This document shows positions 54,518 through 64,000 of a stretch of 64,000 bases of DNA, one piece after another. Made by a program: the position numbers and the translations under genes. How positions within the stretch are numbered: position 1 is the first letter of the stretch; each line of letters opens with the position of its first letter. Source of the DNA: Flectonema sp. DT1601 (taxonomy: Eukaryota); the NCBI GenBank assembly GCA_964019425.1, contig OZ025789.1, positions 434,001-498,000 of the forward strand, given 5' to 3'. The notes below the pieces were generated by a model. It ran no database searches. It was not told the DNA's origin and saw nothing but the letters and a program-made list of their open reading frames with translations.

Positions 54518-56027
54518 ATGGGAAAGGTTACCAAAAGTAAGAAGCGGGTTGAAGATAGTCACGACCCCTTAGACATTCAAATTAGAAAGACAAAAGAAGC
54601 AACACCAAGCGTTAAGAGAGCAATGAGAATGAGAAAGAAGAGAGGACAGGTGGAACTGACTGGAGAAGATACTTGTGGTCACGGAGAACTTGAAAATGAT
54701 GATGATGGTTTCGCATTACCAAATAAAATGAGTACAATTATATTACAACAAGCAAGAGAGCAAAGAGAAGAAGAAAAAATGGATATTGACGAGGACGGTT
54801 CTGACGTCGAACTTGAATATGACGACGCCAGCAGTCAGGCAACTGAAACTCCATTCGATGAACCTGACCAGGACTTTGAAATCGATGAAGAAGAAGAAAA
54901 GCTCATGCAACAGTTTGCACCTCAATCATCAATGGCAACTCGTAACCTCGCTGATATTATTATGGCGAAGATTAGATCAAAAGAACGTGAAGCCGATGAA
55001 GTTGCTTCACGTCGTAGCGGATCCACCTGCACCGGAACTCAATTTGATCCTCGAATCGTTAAGGTTTACAAAACAGTTGGTAAGTTATTTAAGAGGTACA
55101 CAACAGGTAAAATCCCAAAGGCTTTTAAAGTGTTGCCCAACCTTCAGGGATGGGAGGAATTGTTGTGGTTGACCTCCCCGCATGAGTGGTCTCCTCATGC
55201 TTTGTATGCAGCTACAAGATTATTCGCGCACGCTGCGAATGAAAAAATGGCTCAACGCTACTACAACACTATTCTATTGCCGAGTATCAGATCTGCTTTT
55301 AGAAGAAATGGGAAGCTTCACTCTCACATGTACGCATCATTGAGAAAAGCCATGTGGAAACCAGCAGCATTCAACAAAGGATTTCTTCTTCCTTTTACTG
55401 GTGAGTCTGACCTATCAATGAAAGAGGCTCTTATTGTTGCTTCATTAATGCAGAAATCATCAATGCCTAGACAGCATGCCGTTGTAGCGATTGCAAAAAT
55501 GACTGAGCTTCCATACAACGGTTCGTCAAGCATTATCTTAAGGACGATGATTGACAAGAAGTACGACATGCCATATCAGGTTATAGATATGTTGGTTAAA
55601 TACTTTCATCAATTTACTCGTGAATCTCGTGAACTACCGGTTTTATGGCATCAGTGTTTGTTGACTTTTGTTCAACGTTACAAGGAAACGATGTTGGAAT
55701 CTCAGGTGTCTCTAATTAGAAAAACTGTAAACAAACACAATCACATGATGATTTCTTCAGAAGTACGTCGTGAGTTAATCCAGTTAGAAAATCATTGGAA
55801 GAAGGTATGTTTTTTTTATTTATTTTTTTTTTTTTTTATTTGTACCTACAAACCCATTGTTCGGTAGAAAGAGAACACAACACAAGCAAAACAAAATTAT
55901 GAGTAAGAACGTAAAAAAGTGAAATTTTACCGTTTCCTTTTTTATCAACAACAACAAAACAACAACAACTCAGATTGGAGGACCACCTACCTCAGCCAAT
56001 AGAATGCGACTAAGTACTGTTCACTAA
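54518..56027 (+). CDS. BYSL: Bystin/Enp1 (40S biogenesis); main exon 54518-55804, short 3' exon(s) uncertain
   Basis: RNLADII, YTTGKIPKAFKVLP, WSPHALYAATRLF, KPAAFNKG, DKKY, LPVLWHQCLLTFVQRYK. Donor at 55805, acceptor at 55973. Confidence 0.93.
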
Positions 56028-56490
56028 GCAGTTAGAAATAATTAATTGTTTCTTGTGAATAGTTTTTGATGTAACGGAGAGTCGTTCAACGCCTATCCCA
56101 ATGTTGGTATTTAAAGTCATCGATCTTCTATCTGAATCATTTATAAGTTCCCTCCCTCAATTAGTTGTTCTACATCAAAGGTGGTAGGTCTTTTTCGTAT
56201 CAATGCTTATTCTTTTTTGAAATCGTTTCTTTTTGTTGAGATTTAAATCTATTTTTTCCACAGAATCATCTTTGTGATGTCTTCACGATTTTTTTGATAG
56301 ATCTGATTAAAAAGGACCCGAAACTACGTCTTCTGTTACCTTCGATGTTGAGAAACTGAAAAAAATGAATATTTACATTCGGTTTACTTTCATGTTTCTT
56401 TATTTTGAGTTCGATCTTTTGTTTTGTAATCCTAATAATACATCACTTTCACCCCATCATCTCAAAGTAAATATAATCACGTCCATAACA

Positions 56491-59400
56491 ATGGAGTGCA
56501 GAAAACTTTACGAAGTGCTGGGACTGGATACGTCCGCAACTGGGGAAGAAGTAAAGAAAAATTCTGATAAATTGAGAGCTTCGTTAGTAGCAAAGGAGGA
56601 TATGTACAGGATACCGTTTGTTCAGGAAGCAAAGAGCGTCTTGAGTGATACCTCTTTACGAGTACTGTATCAAGAGCACCAAAGTGGATTCTTTTTAGCT
56701 GAAGAGCGGCTGGCTGATATGGATGACGGATGGCTACAAGAACTTCGCGCTGCAACTACAGAAGACGACTCATCGTCTGCTACCCCAGGAAGCAATCAAA
56801 CTGATAAAAAAGGTTTACTTTTCGGTGCAATGGGTTGGCTAGGATATGGTAAAAAACCTGAATCCGGACCTGGTGAAAAGAGTTTAAAAGAAACCATAAC
56901 TGACATCATATCGGAAATTGGTAAACAATTTGAAATCGCTGATAAAGAAGGAAATCTTTGTGATAATGCCATAGCCACTACGAATAATTTATTAAAAGAA
57001 CTCGTTTCATACAGCGCAAAGGACCCTTTGATCGCGTCAGCGGTCATCAGTGAACTTGGAGTTGCTCTTCACATCGCTAAATTGATCAATAATCCAGCGA
57101 ATAACATAGAGATGAAGGTTTGGTCTTCAGCTGTTTTAACTCTTCTCTCTATTCATGATCCAAACGTATTGCCTGCCGCAACTGATTCCAGTCCTGGTGT
57201 AGTAGAATTGTACTGCCAATATGTCGAGCTTAATAAAGGTTTTTTTCGAAACCTGGCTCTCAATTCTGACAAGGTAGATCTGAGTGAAGTTGAATACCAT
57301 CGTTCAATTTACGCTAATATATTCTTAGTTCTCAGCAATGCTTCAATCGTAAAATCTTTTTGCCAATCTGTTGTCGATTGCAATGGGATTTCAATAATAT
57401 GCGAGTACTTATTTCAAAGCACTCCGATGTTGTCGCATTCACAGATGAAGAATGTTTGTACTACTCTCTCAAAGTGTTTGACAAGCTGCTCAGACTCAAG
57501 GTCTCAATTTGCTTCCTACGTTGAAGGTATCATTTCACTGATCTCTGCTGCAGTTCAGAAACCTGTCAGTTTAGATATCGCCCTTAGTCTTTCAGAGTCT
57601 CTTCTCGCTGCATTCTCAGATGGAAGTCTGCCGGTGAGTGATTCACTGGTTAAGCTTTTATCATTTTGTTGTAATGCAAAGTACACAGACATCTCTTTAA
57701 ATTTACATTCTGTCATGTTTGCTGCTGTTTCTCGATGTGATAATTCTGCTGGAGAGGAATTGAGAGGAGTTCTTAAGAAAAGGAAGAGCTGGGATCCTTT
57801 ACTTGCTTGTTGTCTCAAACTAATTACAACTGGGTCATCCATAACTGAAATAGAATCAACGAGAGCTGCTGCTGTTGAAGTAAGTGAAAGCATACTATTA
57901 AAGTTTGCTCAACTTGGATTACTAACAGGAACAGAACAGGTCGGTAGAAAGTCAATGGCAGGGATACTTTTAGAAGATGGTTCATCTGAAGGGAAATTAA
58001 TCCTTCTCAATACTGTGTTACAGAGTGGTGAATGCACTGAAGAGATCTTTTCACCCTTGGCACAGGCTGTTCTCGATAAGTTGACGTCGCTGTTATCACA
58101 TCCGTCATTGTACGAACTCTCCCTTAAAATAGTACAAACAGTTGTGAGTAAATCAGCTTCGTTACAGGTCTCGTTAGTTAGTCACATTGTTCAGTTGATG
58201 AAATCACACGAATCGAATTGTGAAATTCTGACAACCGCTGCTGGTTGTCTACTGTCGCTGTCTGAGAAATTATCAACAGCTGATAAGCTTGGAAGCGAAT
58301 CTCAAAAAATTCTAATAAATTTCTTGTTGGCGGAGTCATTTCCGGATGCGGCTCGATCCAAACTCTCTGACATGTTTGTTCAATTACTTTACCTTGATAT
58401 CCCGTCTTTAGGGAATCTAAAAGAATCGCTACCAAGATTGCAATCATCAGAGTATGAATGTGTTCTAAAAGTGTACACCATAGTGAGTGAAAAATTGGCA
58501 CCAAAACCGGTTGAACAAAAACCAAAGAAAGTACCAAAACCCTCAAAACTAAAGGAAAAAAGCTTTATCGACATTGAGAAGAGAGAAGCGAAAATGAGAG
58601 TTGCCATCGTTTCAGAAGAGTCTCAAGAGCGGAATCCAAGAGGACAAAAATTTGAAAATGAAAAGAAAAAGATTTTATTAAGACTGGCTCAACAGCAGCT
58701 CAAGAGCAAAGCTGAAGAGATGCGTTCACAGAAAGAGGCTGAACAACGATCAATTCAGAAGTTTAAAAAGAAGGTTGCTGCCTTAGAATGTACCGAGGAA
58801 GGTAAACGAGGACATATTCTAGTTGCGGCTTCAGAATGCTACGAAAAGCTATCAGTTCACGTTGAACACGGTATGAAGGTTGTCTTAAAGAGACTTCGTG
58901 AAGAAGAAAAACGTCGCGCGGAATCGAAGAAAAAGGAGGAAGTAGCCGCTGCTGAAAAAGAAGAAAGAGATAAATTGATTCAACAGCAAAAACAAAAAAT
59001 TCAAAAACGTGAAGAAGAGAGGCAAACAGTCGTAATAACATCTGACGAAGACATCCTCGATGATGCTGGCGACGACCTTGATGACCTCCTCGCACTCGCA
59101 TGCGCGGTTACGAAAACACGCTTATTACAAAGCAAAAGACGATACGCTCCTAAATCTGGAGGTACTCCCGCAACTCCTCCACTTGGTGACATCAAGGGAA
59201 CCTACGTCCCTCCTGCTGAACGCCGGCGCCTTGAGGAGCGCGAACGCGAACTCGAGGAGCAACGTAAAAAGGAAGAAGCTCAACGCCTCGAAGAAGAGGA
59301 AGGAAGACGTCGAGTCCAAGAAGAGAAGGAAGCCGCTGAACACGCAGAGCAAGAGAGGCTCGAAGTTGAGAGGAGGGAGGAAGAAGCAGAACGGCGTAGA

Positions 59401-61760
59401 GAAGAAGAAGAAAAACAGCAACAGCAACAACAACAACAGCAACAACAGCAGCAACAACAACACCAACAGCAGCAGCAACAACTTCTTCATCAACAGCATC
59501 TCCAACAACAAATGCTATTTCAGCAACAACTAATGGGAGGAGGATTAGCTGGAGCCATACCAGGAATGCCTCGAATGGGAATAACTCCTATGATGGCTCC
59601 TCCTCCTGGACTGGGGCTCGATGGGAATGCCTTCGACGTTCTTCAGGCTCAGCGAATGATGCTTCATCAAGCGATGCAAGGACAGCCACCACAACAACCG
59701 CTGCAACAACCGCTGCAACAACCACTGCAACAGCAACTGCAACAGGCACTGCAGCAGCCTCTGCAACAGCCGCTCCAACAGCAACCACTACCTCCTCAAC
59801 AACAAGAGCAACAGCCGCCACCGCCACCGCCACCACCACCACCACAGCAACAGCAGTCGCCTTTTCCATCACCTCCGGATGCTGCCAGTCAGCCACTTCT
59901 TCCTCAACTTCCACCTCTCACTCCTGAGCTCCTTAAGGTAGTCACAGCCTGGAAGACGGTTGTCCAAAGACTACTGGAAGTAATTGAGTATGTGATTTTA
60001 TGTTTTTTTATTAAATGGGAATGGCTCTCCGTCTACGAGAGAGTAAAACCCTTGATTCCCCTGTACTCGTAGCGATGACCAAATATAAATTACACAACTA
60101 CAACCACAGCATCCGACATGAAAGATTTCCTAATGGAGCAAACGACGCTCAGCAGCAGGAAGAAGAGCGTAGCGTATGTCTTTTATATAATCAGTTAGTG
60201 TCTACAGTCATTGAGTCAATAAAACAAAACCCTCACAGCTAAAGGTAATGTGGGAGCACCACTTTGCTTCAAAAAAACAGATTGAAGACCATCTTCCAGA
60301 GATGGTTGTTCAGAAGGTATGTGTTGAGAACTTTACTCTTCGTGTTTTAAACATAACAAAACTATCTAAACACAAAACAGTTGAGGGATCACTTTGATGG
60401 AATCATACCCCTGGCTGATAAGATCGCATTCGCTCCTGAAAATGACATCTATTCGAAGTTGAACTCTTTGAATTTCCCTCCTTCAACTTCTCCTCCACCT
60501 CAGGAAGATGGCTCGTGTCCATCACCTGCAGGTGATGACGAGGAACCTTTGAAGAGATATTACGCACAGGATCTTGAAGAAGATATATTAAACTCTCACC
60601 CACAAGATTCTCCAACAGAGTTAGAAGCACCAGCTGAAGGAATAAAGCAATCTGACGACACGCCTGACAGCCAAGACGGCATTCCAACTCCTCCAAAGCC
60701 TGATTCTGATGAGAATGAAGGCCAGCAGAGCATCCCTCCTCCCCAAAAGCTTCCAGCGAAGCAGACAATGCGACTTGCCGGACCTCCAAAGACTGAGAGA
60801 CAAGGTTATAAAGGTGGTGAGAATAGAGTAGGAAAAGGTAACCGAGGAACCAATCACAATAGTGATGATGATGTTAATCAAAATCAAAACCGCCGAGGAT
60901 CTAACAGAAATAATACAAGAGATGAAAAGGATGATAGAGAAGGTGATAAGCGGGTTGCGAAGAATCGAAAAGCACAGCCAGTCCCCAAAGAAGAAAAGCC
61001 TATTCCAGAGACCAAACCTAAAGAACTTGAGAGAGTTGATGTTACTAGTGAATCACTATTTCCTTCTCTGGGTGCCGCAGCTTCCTTAAAGAAAGCTGAA
61101 ACCAGCGCAAAGGAAAAGGAAGCTCATGAAAAACACCAAAAACGCCTCCAAGAACAACGGTATGAGGCCGAACTCAAGGCTGAGAAAGAGGAAATGGATC
61201 ACCTCCTCAGAATCGAAAAGAACCTGACTGACCCACAGAAGAAGCGTCTCGACATACTCCGCGCGAAAGAAGAACGAATCTTGCTTCGCAAGAAACAACA
61301 ACAAGCAGAATTACAAGTGGGATTATACGCCAGCACACTACGAGGAACAGTTAGGGTTGAAGCAGGGAGAAAATCTGAAGCGCTGATAGCTCTTGAGCAG
61401 GAAGAAAAAGTTAGAAAGCAAAAGCAGGACAAGGAAGACCGCAAAGAAAAGGCGAAGGCTGTTGAGTTAAAGCGAAAGTCAGAGGAAGCAGACCGACGCA
61501 GAAAACAACAGGAGAAGGAGAAGCAACGCGGCGGAAACCGTAAGGGAGGAAACAATTGGGAAGAAGGCCGTGGCCGTGGAGGACGTAGAGGTGGACGTGG
61601 AGGTGGAGGTGGTCGTGGAGGTGACGATCATGAAGATGATGACTATAAAGGAAATCGCAATAATAAGTCGAGTGGAGGTAATAAAGGTAACCCTGAAGAC
61701 GATAGCCGTCCAAACTTCGAGGGACGCAGTATGAGAGGCGGTAAGAAAGGCGGTAACTCC

Positions 61761-61807
<47 letters not shown>

Positions 61808-61853
61808 CGCCGGCAACAACAGCAACAACAACATGCGCCACTCTCGCACCTAA
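56491..61853 (+). CDS. Large multi-exon protein: degenerate J-domain-like N-terminus, ARM-like solenoid, coiled coil, poly-Q/P, RGG and poly-N tail
   Basis: LYEVLGL...A...EVKK...VLSD...R..Y. Three GTATGT...CAG introns (from 59988, 60174 and 60318) join ORF 56365 to ORF 60381 in frame. Confidence 0.7.
61761..61808 (+). repeat. (AAC)16 coding microsatellite (poly-Asn)
   Basis: Read directly from the sequence. Confidence 0.95.
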
Positions 61854-63133
61854 TTATAGAAAACTATCGAACAGTAGGTTATCATACGTAGACTACTCAA
61901 GGAGGCTTTATATTTTGCTATAATCGATTTATTTGGATCCTTAAAAAAAAAATTCCTTAAGACTTCCCGTCCTTCCCCTCTTTTTCTTTTTTATTGTCTT
62001 TTCTTGCACTATATAGTTCTCTGTTGCCCAGGCTGCAATTACCCTTTTTCGGTCTTAATTAGTTTTTCCTTAAGGCTAGCCAGCAATTCTCGCAACCAGT
62101 TCTGTTTGTTGAGTAGTTGTGTACTACGCAACTGTTATTAGGAATCCATCTCTAGTTTCGTTTGCCTGTTTTTATTTATTTCAGGTTGAGATGCTGGGAT
62201 GATGTAAGTTGGTTAACGTGATTATTTTTTTTCTTTTTTCTCCCCCGTTCAAAATACCTTATCCTTATTGATTTTTCTCCCTGCTTTCACTTTCTTTCTA
62301 AAGCGCGAGTAGCGAACAAATTTGCTTTAACACTTTACAACGAGGTTTTTTTTTTCTTGTTTTTTTTCTTAAAAAAAAAAAGCAATAAAAAGGCCTCAAT
62401 TTCAGCTCTTTGCTCGGTAATCTTTTTTTTTCTTTTTTTGAAAAAGAAAAAAAAAAAAAAAAAAAAAAAAAAAGGTGCAAAAAAAAAAAAAAAATTAAAA
62501 AGAGACGAAAAAAAAAAAAGAAAAATCCTTTTATAAGAACAAGACTAGGGAGAGAAGCAGTAACTCTCTCTCGTGTCTTCGTATCCAGCCTACGACGTCG
62601 GGCGACGATTCTTAATGACTCTTGTTCCACTTCTATTGTGGGTTGACCTCACGCTTCCTCGATTAAAACTAAAACTTAACTTAGTTCGCATCTCACAGAC
62701 GACGGTGACGATTGAGAAGAAAAATGGAAAATTATATTATTTTTTTATATTTATTTTTTTTTAAACTTAAAACGGAAAAAAAAAGACAAAAAAAAAAAAA
62801 TAAATAAAATAAAAAAATAAATTAAGTGAATGAAAAAGCAACAACAACAACAAAAAAAAAAAAAAAAAAATAAAAAAAACACACAAGAAATGTTTTAATA
62901 TTAAGTGTTTTGGTTTGGTTTGTTTTTTATTATTTTTCTCACTCTCAGCAGCAGGAGTTCCACTCTCCCCGAACTTGTTTCACCTTGGCTTAGTATTCCT
63001 CACAGGCACAGCTGTTGTGACAAATAGCAAGAAAGACTCTCACGTTAGTATTATTATTATTTTTCCCACTGATCAACCGATACAATTATAGTGTCATTTC
63101 AATTCACTTAAAACAGAGTCTGGCCTGATGTAA

Positions 63134-64000
63134 ATGTTGCACACCAACACTAGTAGAAGGAACCTCAAATCTGAGGGTGATGAAACGGAGTGGCCGTCTC
63201 TATATTTAACGGCGAAGAAAATCGCCTCAGCAAGTCTCCCGGAGATTCGAATGCATAAACACTATTCACATGGACACGGTGAAATCAAGAGAACTGCTTT
63301 ATACGTGGTTGCAGTTCTTGTGATCGTCGTCTTGTACAACAGAACAGTACTGCGACCAACTGGAAAGGAAACACAAGTTAAAATAATTCGACAGGACACT
63401 ATCTATGAACACATCCCTCAAATAACTGAGGAATCATTCCCTGTAAGATCTCAGGGGAATCCTCGAAAGTCTGGAAAAAAAAACATCGACATAGACCGAC
63501 AATACAGTATTACACCTGTAAGACTACGGATGTGTTTAAATAACGATGCCGTGCTTGAGACGAATGTCACTGTGTGGTCAATGCCCAATCCGAAAGACAG
63601 TGGCAGCATCGATTCACTCGAGTTATTAATAAAAAGAGCAAAACAATTCTCAGACATTCCATTCTCAGCTTTCCTTATAGAACTCATTGAAGATGCGCTA
63701 AGCATAGATCACAAGCTCAGATTACAAAGCTCCGGATGGACTTTTTGTACCGTGAGAAGAATAGGATCTCCACGAGAGCAGTTCAACTTGGTTCAGCTTT
63801 GGAATGTTCCAGCTGAGACAGTCATTTACATAACTCCAAATGTTCATATTTCAGGGAGTATCTCTTCTTTACTCACTACTATTGTACCAGAAAAATCGAA
63901 TATTGGTGCGACAATGGACTATGATGAATCGTCGTCGTCTTGGCGTAGTGGATTCAGTACGGGTGTTTTTGTCATTCATCCGAGTCAACGAGATTATGGA
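63134..64000 (+). CDS. Type II membrane GT8-like protein, paralog of 6367-9861, 3'-truncated; absent from the ORF track
   Basis: Frame from ATG 63134 is open to the window end. TM ALYVVAVLVIVVLY. LQSSGWTFCTVRRIG...QLWN...VIYITPN...IGATMDY...FSTGVFVIHP aligns with LQHSGWKICTVRRLG...IYYISPQ...IGAVMSY...FSTQSLVVSP. Confidence 0.8.
   Translation, partial: MLHTNTSRRNLKSEGDETEWPSLYLTAKKIASASLPEIRMHKHYSHGHGEIKRTALYVVAVLVIVVLYNRTVLRPTGKETQVKIIRQDTIYEHIPQITEESFPVRSQGNPRKSGKKNIDIDRQYSITPVRLRMCLNNDAVLETNVTVWSMPNPKDSGSIDSLELLIKRAKQFSDIPFSAFLIELIEDALSIDHKLRLQSSGWTFCTVRRIGSPREQFNLVQLWNVPAETVIYITPNVHISGSISSLLTTIVPEKSNIGATMDYDESSSSWRSGFSTGVFVIHPSQRDYG

Noticed and set aside
59001..61849. Minus-strand poly-Leu/Val ORFs
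   Set aside because: Antisense shadows of Q/E/N-rich coding sequence.
62298..62764. Poly-Lys/Phe ORFs (also at 22833, 34621, 43156 and elsewhere)
   Set aside because: Translations of intergenic poly-A/T tracts.

Overview
AT-rich eukaryotic (protist) genomic DNA. All ~20 credible host genes lie on the + strand, separated by poly-A/poly-T-rich spacers, and carry short GT-AG introns near their 3' ends. This pattern, plus kinetoplastid-type adenylate cyclase and glycosyltransferase domains, suggests a euglenozoan, probably a diplonemid (inference). Host genes include a NEK kinase, VPS26, a GUP1-type MBOAT, an ECH1-like crotonase, bystin, Sel1, ankyrin-JmjC, DysF, C-type lectin, EF-hand/coiled-coil and several large coiled-coil proteins. 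Highlight 1: an apparently intact tyrosine-recombinase retrotransposon (18772-22718) with gag-YR-RT/RNaseH order and identical split direct repeats A1...B1A2B2. It is inserted at a T6 tract inside the intron of the NEK gene and has candidate recoding signals. Highlight 2: two different non-autonomous TIR elements (10115-12587 and 53113-53884). They share CATA...TATG termini, 6-bp AT-rich TSDs, a palindrome inside the TIR, subterminal repeats and an outward-facing tRNA-like Pol III module about 230-250 bp from one end. All calls come from reading the sequence; no database searches were run.
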